From contig JAFUGS010000020.1 in NCBI GenBank assembly GCA_017469265.1, positions 87,808-151,807 on the forward strand: DNA of 64,000 nucleotides. The letters run 5' to 3'. A model generated the notes under the pieces. It saw only the letters and a program-made list of their open reading frames with translations, ran no database searches and had not been told where the DNA came from. Source of the DNA: Clostridia bacterium (lineage in GTDB: Bacteria; Bacillota; Clostridia; Christensenellales; Aristaeellaceae). This document shows positions 53,489 to 64,000 of the stretch, one piece after another; the stretch's first letter is position 1, and every line of letters starts with the position of its first letter. The translations under genes were made by a program, and so were the position numbers.

Positions 53489-55993
53489 ATGCGCATGGAG
53501 AAGAAAAAGAAGATTCGTCCCGGGCTGGGCCGGTATATCGGCTTTCTCGTGGCGCTCTTTGCCATGTTTGTTTATCTGGTTTCCGGCCTGGTAAACCTGC
53601 AGCTGCGCCAGGAGGACTATTATCAGGAGAAGGCGGAATCCACCCGCACCAAGACCATCGCCCTCCGGGGCAAGCGCGGCAACATCGTCTCCTCCGACTC
53701 GGTGATCCTGGCGGAGGATGAGCTGATCTACAATGTTACCTTTTACAAGGACGCCTCCACCGTTTCCGCCGCGTCCTACAGGGCCTATACCGCCTCCATC
53801 ATCGATACCATCGGCATCGTGGAGAAAAACGGCGGCGAAATGGCCATCGATTTCGTCATCCGGCGGGACGAGGATACCGGGGACTGGGTCTTTAACTTTG
53901 GTTCCGGTGTGTCTGACTCGGTGCTGGCCACCCGGGAAAACCAGTGGCGCTCCAATAACTATCTGACCAACCTGAACCGTTACGAAACGCCGGCCCAGTG
54001 TATCGACCGGCTGAAAACCCGCTATCAGATCACCGACGACATCGATGAGGAAACCATGCTTAAAATCATGGCCATCTACTCGGAGATGCAGATGAACATC
54101 TTTAACTCCCAGCCCATCGTCATCGCCAAGGATGTCAAATACGAAACCGTCATCGAGATTGAAACCCGGTCCATGATGCTGCCGGGCATGGAGATCGAGA
54201 TCGGCACCAAGCGGGTTTATCCCCGGTCCACGCTGGCTTCCCAGATCATCGGGTACACCGGCGCCATTCCCTCCCGGGCCACCTGGCTGACCCTGCAGGC
54301 CAAGGGATATTCCTACAATGACACCATCGGCCGGGACGGCATTGAGTCCTCCATGGAGGACTGGCTTACGCAGAATTCCTCCCTTCGGAAGGGAACCAGG
54401 GTCGTGGAACGGGATCAGATGTCCAAGGTGGTCCGGGAGCTGAGCTACACGGAGCCTCAGGACGGCAACAATGTCAAGCTGACCCTGAACGCGGCCTACC
54501 AGGTGGTGGCCGAGCGGGCCATCGCCAGCAATGTGTCCACCACCCGGGATCTGCAGGAAAAATACCTGGCTTCCGATTCCTGGCTGGAGGCCAACAAGAC
54601 GGATATCCACAACCGGAACTGGGCCACCTATCCCCTGGATCTGGCGGAGCATGGCTGCCTCATTGTGCTGGACATGCAGTGCCGCGTGCTGGCCATGGCC
54701 AATTATCCCACCTATGACCTGAACGCCCTGGTGGCCGGCGGCAAGGACGCCATGGCCATCCTGGGGGACAGCCGGAATCTGCTGCTGAACTACGGCATCC
54801 ACGCCCGGGGAACCCCCGGCTCCATTTTCAAGATGGTTACCGGTACCGGCGCCCTCACCGAGGGGGAGCTGCTGCCCACGGAGCGGATCTCCGACGGCGG
54901 GTACTATACAAAGTACAACGCGGATAAATCCACCGCGCCGAAGTGCTGGATCAACCAGAATTACATCTACAAGCACGCCAACCAGACCATCGTGGACGGG
55001 CTGACCAACTCCTGCAATTACTTTTTCTACGAGCTGGGCAGCCGCCTGGGTGAGGAAAGGCTGTACCGGTACGCCTCTCTCTACGGGCTCACCTCCAAAA
55101 CCGGCATCGACCTTCCCGGCGAGGTACGCTCCGTGGTCGGCAGCCAGAACACGCTGTATGATCCTTCCAAGCCCATGAACGAAGCCAACCAGGATACCTC
55201 CCTGCCCATCATCGTCTTTAACTCCATCAAGACGCACCTGAAGAACTGCGGCGCTTCCCGGAACATTGAGTACGATGACGAGCGTCTCTCCGTCTGCGCC
55301 AAGCGCCTGATGGACATGGCCGTCAACTACAACGAATCCGAATGGCTGGACAACATGCGCACCATCCTGATGGAGGAGCTGAACATGACCAAGGAGATGG
55401 TCTACCTCCAGTCCGTCATCGGGGATACCTACAATTACATGAACGATATTAAATGGGGCGGCGGCCAGACCATTCTGACCGGCATCGGCCAGTCCGTCAC
55501 CGTGCTGACCCCCATCGCGGTCGCCCGGTATGTGTGTACGGTTGCCAATGGCGGCTATCTGTACAACGTGTCCCTGATCGACTCCATCTCCTCCCCGGAG
55601 GGCGAAATTCTCTCCCAGCGGGAGCCTACCCTGATCCATCGGCTGGATAAGGCGGATGAATATCTGCCCCTCATCCGGGAAGGGATGAAGGGCGTGGTTG
55701 ACGAGTCCGGTACCGCCGGTAAGTATTTCCGCCGCTGGCCCTACACGGATCAGATTGCCGCGAAAACCGGAACCGCGCAGGTAACGAAGATCGACCTGGA
55801 AAACAACTCCTGGTTCGTCTGTTTCGCCCCCTTCGAAAACCCGGAGATCGCCATCGCCTGTTTCATTCCCAACGGGTACTCCGGTTCGGAAGCGTCCAAG
55901 GCGCCCCGGGATTTCATCGAATGGTACATGGAGCAGAAGACCCTGCGCTCGGCGGAGGATATCCTCCCTGTACCCAACAGCCTGACCCCCTGA
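53489..55993 (+). CDS. mrdA: Class B penicillin-binding protein (PBP2/MrdA-type transpeptidase)
   Basis: N-terminal TM, RGKRGNI, GRDGIE, and transpeptidase motifs SIFK (SxxK), SCN (SxN), KTG. 834 aa. Confidence 0.9.
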   Translation: MRMEKKKKIRPGLGRYIGFLVALFAMFVYLVSGLVNLQLRQEDYYQEKAESTRTKTIALRGKRGNIVSSDSVILAEDELIYNVTFYKDASTVSAASYRAYTASIIDTIGIVEKNGGEMAIDFVIRRDEDTGDWVFNFGSGVSDSVLATRENQWRSNNYLTNLNRYETPAQCIDRLKTRYQITDDIDEETMLKIMAIYSEMQMNIFNSQPIVIAKDVKYETVIEIETRSMMLPGMEIEIGTKRVYPRSTLASQIIGYTGAIPSRATWLTLQAKGYSYNDTIGRDGIESSMEDWLTQNSSLRKGTRVVERDQMSKVVRELSYTEPQDGNNVKLTLNAAYQVVAERAIASNVSTTRDLQEKYLASDSWLEANKTDIHNRNWATYPLDLAEHGCLIVLDMQCRVLAMANYPTYDLNALVAGGKDAMAILGDSRNLLLNYGIHARGTPGSIFKMVTGTGALTEGELLPTERISDGGYYTKYNADKSTAPKCWINQNYIYKHANQTIVDGLTNSCNYFFYELGSRLGEERLYRYASLYGLTSKTGIDLPGEVRSVVGSQNTLYDPSKPMNEANQDTSLPIIVFNSIKTHLKNCGASRNIEYDDERLSVCAKRLMDMAVNYNESEWLDNMRTILMEELNMTKEMVYLQSVIGDTYNYMNDIKWGGGQTILTGIGQSVTVLTPIAVARYVCTVANGGYLYNVSLIDSISSPEGEILSQREPTLIHRLDKADEYLPLIREGMKGVVDESGTAGKYFRRWPYTDQIAAKTGTAQVTKIDLENNSWFVCFAPFENPEIAIACFIPNGYSGSEASKAPRDFIEWYMEQKTLRSAEDILPVPNSLTP

Positions 55994-56010
55994 GAAAGGA
56001 GGACGCGGTT

Positions 56011-56829
56011 TTGTCAAAAACATATCTGGTCGCCTCCGGCAAAGGGGGCGTCGGAAAATCGACCGTGACGGCCTGTCTGGCCGTCCTGCTGGCCCGGAAG
56101 GGGCGCCGCGTGGTTCTGATGGACGCGGACATCGGCCTTCGGTCCCAGGATCTGCTGCTGGGGCTGGAAAGCTCCGTGGTCTATGACCTGGTGGATGTGG
56201 CCCAGGGCCGCTGCCTGCTGAGTCAGGCGCTGCTTCCCTGCCCGGGAACGCCCAACCTGGAGCTGCTGCCCGCGGCGCAGTTTGCCCGCTGCAGGGATCT
56301 GGATCCGCGGAAGCTGAAAAAGATGCTCTCTCTCCTGCGGAAGGAACATGATTTCATTTTGATCGACTGTCCCGCCGGACTGGAGCGCGGCCTTCGGAAC
56401 GCTTTGAACGCCGGCATGCGCAATGAGACCCTGATTCTCGTCACGCCGGATGATCTCTGTATCCGCGGCGCGGAACGGGTTGCTGCCCTGATCGCGGAAA
56501 AAAACCTTCCCCGCCCGCAGCTGCTGGTTAACAGACTGGATCAGGATCGGGTTTTCACCCATGAGATGTACAGCGCCGCAACCATCTCCCAGGTGCTGGA
56601 TCTGCCGCTTCTGGGAGAGGTGCCGGAGGATTCCGCCGTCTATACGGCTCAGCTGCGACACCGGCTGACGATCGATTACGACTGCGAAGCCCGGAATGCC
56701 CTTCAGCGGATCGCCGCCCGACTGGATGGGGAGAATCCGCCTTTGCCGGATTACGGAAGGCGGAAAACCTCCTTTTTCCGGAAGCACTTTCCGCCGGCTC
56801 TGAAGGAGGTGCCTGATGAACGGAACTAA
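56011..56829 (+). CDS. minD: MinD-family ATPase (divergent)
   Basis: TTG start after SD AAAGGAGG. SGKGGVGKST, DADIGLR, VVYDLVDV, DCPAG, and a C-terminal amphipathic SFFRKHF. Confidence 0.85.
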   Translation: MSKTYLVASGKGGVGKSTVTACLAVLLARKGRRVVLMDADIGLRSQDLLLGLESSVVYDLVDVAQGRCLLSQALLPCPGTPNLELLPAAQFARCRDLDPRKLKKMLSLLRKEHDFILIDCPAGLERGLRNALNAGMRNETLILVTPDDLCIRGAERVAALIAEKNLPRPQLLVNRLDQDRVFTHEMYSAATISQVLDLPLLGEVPEDSAVYTAQLRHRLTIDYDCEARNALQRIAARLDGENPPLPDYGRRKTSFFRKHFPPALKEVPDERN

Positions 56830-58045
56830 TGTGGAGCGCCGGGCCTATCGGGCCCACACGGATCTGGTGCTGATCTTTCTGGTGGGCGTCATGTCCCTCA
56901 TGGGTATCGTTGCCGTCTGTGTCGCCACCTACACGCCGGATTCCAGCCCGGATATCTCCTTCCTGAATCACGTGGTGGAATCCTCCTACACCATGCGCCA
57001 GTGCCTTTTTGTGCTGGTGGCGCCGCTGGTGGTGGGTTTTATCATGGTGATTCCCTATGATCTGATCTTCCGCCGGGCGGAGCTGATCTACTGGGCCATG
57101 GTGGTGCTGCTGGCGGTGGTTACCGTCTTCAACCGGGCCCAGGGCGTGAAGGCCTGGCTGGACATTATCTGGGGATATACGATTCAGCCTTCGGAGTTCG
57201 CCAAGCTGTCCATGATTCTGATCCTGGCAAAGCAGCTGTCCCGGTCCAACCGGCCTATGGCCACCTTCCGCTCCTTTTCCCAGGTTATGCTCACAGTCAT
57301 GATTCCCGCGGTTATCATTCTTGCGGAGGGCGAAACCGGTTCCATGCTGGTGATCGTGTTTCTCACCGCCATCATGATGTACTTCTCCGGCTGCAGCCTG
57401 AAGATGCTGGGCATTCTGGCGGGCATCGCCGTGCTGGGCATCCTGTCCATCTACGGCCTGATGGTGGCCACCGGTTCCACGGACTACCGCCTGGCCCGGA
57501 TCTCCGGCTTCCTGAACCCGGAGCTCTATTCCTCCTCGGACTCCTATCAGATTCTCCAGTCCCAGATGGCCATCGGCTCCGGCGGCGTCACCGGCATCGG
57601 CATGTTTGTGGACGGTTCCATGAGCCAGCTGAACTACGTGCCCGCGGACTGGACGGACTTTATCTATGCCACCATCGGGGAAGCCTGGGGCTTTGCGGGC
57701 TGTATGACCGTTCTGGTGATGTATCTGCTGATCCTGCTGCGCATGCTGTACCTGGCCTATTACACCCGGGACAAATTCGGCCGGCTGATCATCTGCGGCG
57801 TGCTGGGGATGCTGCTGTTCCATGTGTTTGAGAACATCGCCATGACCCTGGGCCTGATGCCCATCACTGGCATTCCCCTGCCCTTCCTGTCCTACGGCGG
57901 CTCCAACATGGTTACCAACATGGGCGGCATCGGCCTGGTGCTGAACGTGACCCGGAACCGTTCCCTGTCCGACGCGGTCAGCACCCCCCAGACCTTTTAC
58001 AATCCCTATCGTTTTTCCACCCGATTCAAAACACGTCCCTGGTAA
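56816..58045 (+). CDS. rodA: SEDS glycosyltransferase RodA
   Basis: IQPSEFAK, AIGSGG, TDFIYATIGE, GLMPITGIPLPFLSYGGS. Confidence 0.92.
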   Translation: MNGTNVERRAYRAHTDLVLIFLVGVMSLMGIVAVCVATYTPDSSPDISFLNHVVESSYTMRQCLFVLVAPLVVGFIMVIPYDLIFRRAELIYWAMVVLLAVVTVFNRAQGVKAWLDIIWGYTIQPSEFAKLSMILILAKQLSRSNRPMATFRSFSQVMLTVMIPAVIILAEGETGSMLVIVFLTAIMMYFSGCSLKMLGILAGIAVLGILSIYGLMVATGSTDYRLARISGFLNPELYSSSDSYQILQSQMAIGSGGVTGIGMFVDGSMSQLNYVPADWTDFIYATIGEAWGFAGCMTVLVMYLLILLRMLYLAYYTRDKFGRLIICGVLGMLLFHVFENIAMTLGLMPITGIPLPFLSYGGSNMVTNMGGIGLVLNVTRNRSLSDAVSTPQTFYNPYRFSTRFKTRPW

Positions 58046-58054
58046 AAACGCACG

Positions 58055-58096
58055 AAAAAACAGGAACCGCGTCCTTCAGACCGGTTCCTGTTTTTG
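58055..58096. terminator. Bidirectional terminator between rodA and the vanZ-like gene
   Basis: AAAAACAGGAACCG-12 nt-CGGTTCCTGTTTTT. Confidence 0.85.
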
Positions 58097-58597
58097 ATGT
58101 TTTCTTATTTTCGATTGCCGCCGGAGCAGCGCCAGGACCCCCACCGTCAGCAGAATCCCCGTCAGCACGCCGGCGCTGTCGATGGTCACATCCCGCCATT
58201 GACCGCTCCGTCCGTCCACCAGCAGCTGATGGCTTTCGTCCAGCGCCGCGTACCCCGTAGCCGCGGCCCAGGCCGTCAGAGAACATATTCTCTTTCTGCC
58301 CAGCCAGCTCTCCAGGCACAGCCGCAGGCTGGCTCCCAGCAGGGCAAATTCCGTAAAATGCGCGCATTTCCGTACCACGTGCTGAATCCGGTCATAAAAG
58401 GCCTTTCGGGTCCTCGGCTCCATGCGCCGCCAGTCCGGACGGACCATGCTGGCCACCCGCTCAGCGACCCTGCCGCTGGTGATGTCCGATTTTTCCGCCG
58501 GCTCCGTGGAAAAAAGAAAGATCATGAGCATGACCCCCAGCACCAGCATGGTTGTCAGCGCTCTTCCCCAGGCGCTCTGCAAGCCCCTTCCCCGCAT
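58076..58597 (-). CDS. VanZ family membrane protein
   Basis: MIFLFS...S...SG, RKCAHFTEFALLG, YAALDESHQLLVDGRSGQWRDVTIDSAG. Confidence 0.9.
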   Translation of the reverse strand: MRGRGLQSAWGRALTTMLVLGVMLMIFLFSTEPAEKSDITSGRVAERVASMVRPDWRRMEPRTRKAFYDRIQHVVRKCAHFTEFALLGASLRLCLESWLGRKRICSLTAWAAATGYAALDESHQLLVDGRSGQWRDVTIDSAGVLTGILLTVGVLALLRRQSKIRKHQKQEPV

Positions 58598-58694
58598 TTT
58601 CGATCCCCTTTCGCCCGCCGGCGCCTGTTTTCCTGAAAAGTATACCCTGAATCAGCGGTTCTGAAAAGCTCTTCCGCTGTTTTTCCCCGCGGGA

Positions 58695-58729
58695 CAAAGA
58701 AATCCGCACGCCGGTTCGGTGTGCGGATT
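58695..58729 (-). terminator. Terminator after dnaJ
   Basis: AATCCGCAC-loop-GTGCGGATT followed on the minus strand by TCTTTG. Confidence 0.7.
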
Positions 58730-58734
58730 CATGA

Positions 58735-59862
58735 TTAATTGAACAGCTCTTTCACCCGGTCCATGAAGCCCTTTCGTCCTTCATACTCCCGGTCCCCGGT
58801 GGTGCCGTCGAATTCCTTCAGCAGCTCCTTCTGCCGGTTGTTCAGCCGCTTGGGAATTTCCACCTTGACCTTCATGATCAGGTCGCCCTTCCCGCTGCCG
58901 CGAAGCTGCTGGATTCCGGCGCCCTTAATGCGGAATTCCGTCCCCGGCTGGGTTCCTTCCGGAATCCGGTACTTGACCGGCCCGCTGAGGGTGGGCACCT
59001 CCACCTCCCCGCCCAGCGCCGCGGTCACGAAGCTGATGGGGAACTCCAGCAGCAGGTTGTATCCGCTGCGCTGGAAAACCTTATGCGGCCGGACATTCAC
59101 CGTGATGAAAAGATCCCCGTTGGGGCCTCCCCGCATTCCGGGTTCCCCCTGATTGTTCATAATGATGGTCTGGCCATGGTCGATGCCCGCGGGCACCTTG
59201 ACCGTCACGGTGCGCTTTTTCCGGACTCTTCCGCTTCCGCCGCAGCCGGTGCACTTGTCCGTGATCACCTTGCCCGTGCCGCCGCAGGTGGGGCATGTCC
59301 GTACAGTGGTCATCCATCCCGCGCTGCTGCGGATCTGGCCCGTTCCCTGGCAGGCCGCGCAGGTGCTGGGCTTTGTCCCGGGCTTCGCGCCATTGCCCTT
59401 GCAGGTGTCGCAAAGCTCATTCCGGTAGATCTCAAAGCTCTTCTCACAGCCTTTGGCCGCTTCCTCAAAGGTGATTCGCAGCTCGTACCGCAGGTCATTT
59501 CCCTGCACGGGGCCCTGGGCCCGGGTCCGGGTGCCCATGCCGCCGTTGAACAGCTGGTCGAAAATATCGCCCACGCCGCCGAAGTCAAAGCCGTCGGCGC
59601 CGCCGAAGGGATTGCCGCCGCCCCCCATACCGGCCATGGGGTCCTCAAAGCCGAACTGATCGTACCGGGCCCGCTTATCCGGGTCGCTCAGCACCTCATT
59701 GGCCTCGTTCAGCTCCGCGAAGCGTTTCACCGCTTCCTCGTCGTTGGGATGCAGATCCGGGTGGCATTCTTTGGCCTTCTTCCGGTAGGCCCTTTTAATC
59801 TCGTCATCCGTCGCGTTCTTCCCGACGCCAAGCACCTCGTAATAATCCCGCTTGTTTGCCAA
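58735..59862 (-). CDS. dnaJ: Chaperone DnaJ
   Basis: TTG start, J-domain with HPD, G/F-rich region, four CxxCxGxG repeats. Confidence 0.97.
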   Translation of the reverse strand: MANKRDYYEVLGVGKNATDDEIKRAYRKKAKECHPDLHPNDEEAVKRFAELNEANEVLSDPDKRARYDQFGFEDPMAGMGGGGNPFGGADGFDFGGVGDIFDQLFNGGMGTRTRAQGPVQGNDLRYELRITFEEAAKGCEKSFEIYRNELCDTCKGNGAKPGTKPSTCAACQGTGQIRSSAGWMTTVRTCPTCGGTGKVITDKCTGCGGSGRVRKKRTVTVKVPAGIDHGQTIIMNNQGEPGMRGGPNGDLFITVNVRPHKVFQRSGYNLLLEFPISFVTAALGGEVEVPTLSGPVKYRIPEGTQPGTEFRIKGAGIQQLRGSGKGDLIMKVKVEIPKRLNNRQKELLKEFDGTTGDREYEGRKGFMDRVKELFN

Positions 59863-59957
59863 GCCGCATCACCTCATTGACCGGAATCAAGCCCGCCCCC
59901 TTTCGAAACCGGGAGACGGGCTGATACCGTGCGATTTCTCTGTGAACCTTTTCGCGC

Positions 59958-61784
<1,827 letters not shown>

Positions 61785-61877
61785 TCATTCCTCCGCTTTC
61801 TATCGATGCATTCGATGTTTTTGTTTTATCCGGCCTTACGGCCTTTCCTCATGCCCTTTCGGGCCCTGTTGGCGCGT

Positions 61878-62465
61878 TTATTCGGGCACGACCTTCACCA
61901 TGGCGTGGCGAAGGATCTTCTCGCCCATTTTGTATCCCTTCTGCAGCACCTGGCACACGGTGCCGGGCTCACCCTCCTCCGGCGTCCCCTGCAGGATCGC
62001 GTTTTCCAGGTTCGGGTCAAATTTTTCTCCCAGCCGGTCAATGGCGCTGACGTCCAGTTTCCGATAGACCTCGTTCATCTGCTTCAGCACCAGCTCCACG
62101 CCGTTCTTCAGCGCCTCGTCCGTGCTGCCGGCCGCCGCGTCCGCCGCCCGCTCCAGATTGTCCAAGACGGGCAGCATGGCCGCCGCCACGTCCCGCTTGC
62201 CTTCGGCGAAGCTGTCCGCCCGGACGCTCTCGTTCCGGCGGCGGAAATTCTCAAAATCCGCCTGGACCCGCTGCGCCATGGCCAGGTACTCCGCGGCCTT
62301 CGCCTGCGCGTCCGCCAGTTCCTTGTTCTCCGGCTCCTTCGGCGGCTCCTGCGCCGCTTCCTCGCTCGCCTGTTCCGGCTCCGTCTCCGGCACCACGGTC
62401 TCCTGTTCCGTCTCCGGGGCTTTTTCCTCTGGGTTCATGCTGTTCTTCCTCTTCTTTCGGCTCAT
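61878..62465 (-). CDS. grpE: Nucleotide exchange factor GrpE
   Basis: ADFENFRRR, LPVLDNLERA, FDPNLENA, QKGYKMGEKILRHAMVKV. Confidence 0.96.
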   Translation of the reverse strand: MSRKKRKNSMNPEEKAPETEQETVVPETEPEQASEEAAQEPPKEPENKELADAQAKAAEYLAMAQRVQADFENFRRRNESVRADSFAEGKRDVAAAMLPVLDNLERAADAAAGSTDEALKNGVELVLKQMNEVYRKLDVSAIDRLGEKFDPNLENAILQGTPEEGEPGTVCQVLQKGYKMGEKILRHAMVKVVPE

Positions 62466-63496
62466 TGTTTTTCATCCCCTCCGCTGAACAGATCCGTCAG
62501 CTGGTGGCCCATCACGTTCAGGATGGACAGCACCCGGGAATACTGCATCCGCGTGGGACCGATCACGCCGATGGTTCCCTGCTGCCCGTTCCGGGTGGAA
62601 TAGGTCGCCGTCACGATGGAGCAGTCCACCATTTCCGGCACCCCCGTTTCCGGCCCGATGCGGACGGTAAAGGCCATCTCCCCGTTCCCGTCAATGATGC
62701 TGGCCAGCCGGTCCCTTGTCTCCATCAGGCTCAGGAAACTGCGGGCCTTTTCCACGTCGCTGTATTCCGGATAGCTCAGCATATTGCTGGTCCCTCCGAT
62801 GGCCACATGCGGCCTGCGCGGGGATTCCCGCCGCTCGTTCAGGAATCCATAAAGATTCCGGAGCAGCTCCTCGTTTTCCCGCATCCGGTCGATCATCTCC
62901 GGCAGGATCCCGCAGGCTTCCTCCAGCGTGTGCCCCCGCAGGGCGTCCGTGATGGCCCGGGAAATGGCGTACAGCGTGTCACTGTCCACCTCGGCGGAAA
63001 GGTGAATCGTGCTGTCCCGCACGATCCCCGCGTCCGTCACCACCACCACCAGCGCCGCGTCCCGCGACACCGGCACCAGCTGCACCGTCTGAATCCGGGG
63101 CATCTTCCCCTTCGGCGGCAGCACCACGGCGGTGTATTTGGTCAGGGCGGAAATCACGCTGGCCGCGTGGTCAATCACGTCCTCCATCTGGTGCACCCGG
63201 CCGGAAAAATGCCGCTCCACGCTTTCCAGGCTGTCGTCCCGAATGCGGCCGGCCTTCATCAGGCTGTCCACATACAGGCGGTATGCCTTGGCGCTCGGCA
63301 CCCGTCCGGCGGAAACATGAGGCTGATCCAGATACCCCAGCTCCTCCAGGTCGCTCATCTCGTTCCGGATGGTGGCGGAGGAAAGGCCCATGTCATACTT
63401 CCGGCTGATGGTTCTGGATCCCACCGGCACGCCGGTCAGGATGTAATCATCGATGATGGCCTGCAGGATCTTCAGCTTCCGCTCGTCCATCTCCAT
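62462..63496 (-). CDS. hrcA: Heat-inducible transcription repressor HrcA
   Basis: RKLKILQAIIDDYI...PVGSRTI...SSATIRNEMSDLEELGYL...SAGRVPS, GVIGPTRMQY. Confidence 0.97.
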   Translation of the reverse strand: MEMDERKLKILQAIIDDYILTGVPVGSRTISRKYDMGLSSATIRNEMSDLEELGYLDQPHVSAGRVPSAKAYRLYVDSLMKAGRIRDDSLESVERHFSGRVHQMEDVIDHAASVISALTKYTAVVLPPKGKMPRIQTVQLVPVSRDAALVVVVTDAGIVRDSTIHLSAEVDSDTLYAISRAITDALRGHTLEEACGILPEMIDRMRENEELLRNLYGFLNERRESPRRPHVAIGGTSNMLSYPEYSDVEKARSFLSLMETRDRLASIIDGNGEMAFTVRIGPETGVPEMVDCSIVTATYSTRNGQQGTIGVIGPTRMQYSRVLSILNVMGHQLTDLFSGGDEKQ

Positions 63497-63580
63497 ACGC
63501 CCGCCTCCTTCTGTACTGTTCAGGATGGCGACCGGATTCCGGCCCGGCAAACAGGCCTGTGCCGGTCAGCCTTGCTGTTG

Positions 63581-63607
63581 TTAGCACTCAATAAGTTCGA
63601 GTGCTAA
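63581..63607. promoter_or_regulatory. CIRCE element (HrcA operator)
   Basis: Perfect TTAGCACTC-N9-GAGTGCTAA between the promoter and hrcA. Confidence 0.98.
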
Positions 63608-63618
63608 CCAACATGCAT

Positions 63619-63647
63619 ACAATAGCACTATGCCTCCCCTTTGTCAA
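63619..63647 (-). promoter_or_regulatory. Sigma-70 promoter of the hrcA-grpE-dnaK-dnaJ operon
   Basis: Minus strand TTGACA-17 nt-TATTGT immediately upstream of CIRCE. Confidence 0.8.
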
Positions 63648-63801
63648 CCGTTTTCAAAAGAAAATTTTAGACTTTTTTTGACCTTCGTTTTTCCGATCTT
63701 CTTTTCACCGGGCGGACGGCCTGATCCCTTTCGTTTTATGCGGATTTTGTGGTTTTTCTTCCATTTGACCACATTCTGTGGTATAATGATGATGTATATG
63801 A

Positions 63802-64000
<199 letters not shown>

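Noticed and set aside
63777-63787. TGTGGTATAA as a DnaA box (a similar sequence occurs at 49556)
   Set aside because: It does not match TGTGGATAA and is better explained as an extended -10 element in both places.

Overview
This is a GC-rich, densely coded chromosomal window from an anaerobic Bacillota (Clostridia-like, probably gut or rumen; taxonomy inferred from gene content such as GSIII, reverse rubrerythrin, the IspH-RpsA fusion and CIRCE/HrcA). It holds mostly core genes: pcrA (partial), yerC, glnA(III), tdk/udk, ispE, dapF, glmS, dnaE, cmk-plsC-ispH/rpsA, an aro operon, a maf-mreBCD-pbp2-minD-rodA operon, hrcA-grpE-dnaK-dnaJ with a perfect CIRCE, and the start of a type II topoisomerase B subunit. 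It also has three cytoplasmic glycoside hydrolases (GH2, GH67, GH31), ABC transporters and two secreted papain-like cell-wall enzymes. I found no rRNA, tRNA, CRISPR array, transposase, integrase or intein. The most unusual feature is the cell-shape operon. Its MreB has the catalytic Glu replaced by Lys plus other nucleotide-pocket changes. Its MinD carries substitutions at residues used for MinE stimulation and MinC binding, and minC, minE and radC are absent from the operon. MreC has long disordered extensions at both ends and PBP2 has a large insertion. Together these suggest a rewired elongasome. All alignments were done by eye from remembered reference sequences and need computational confirmation.
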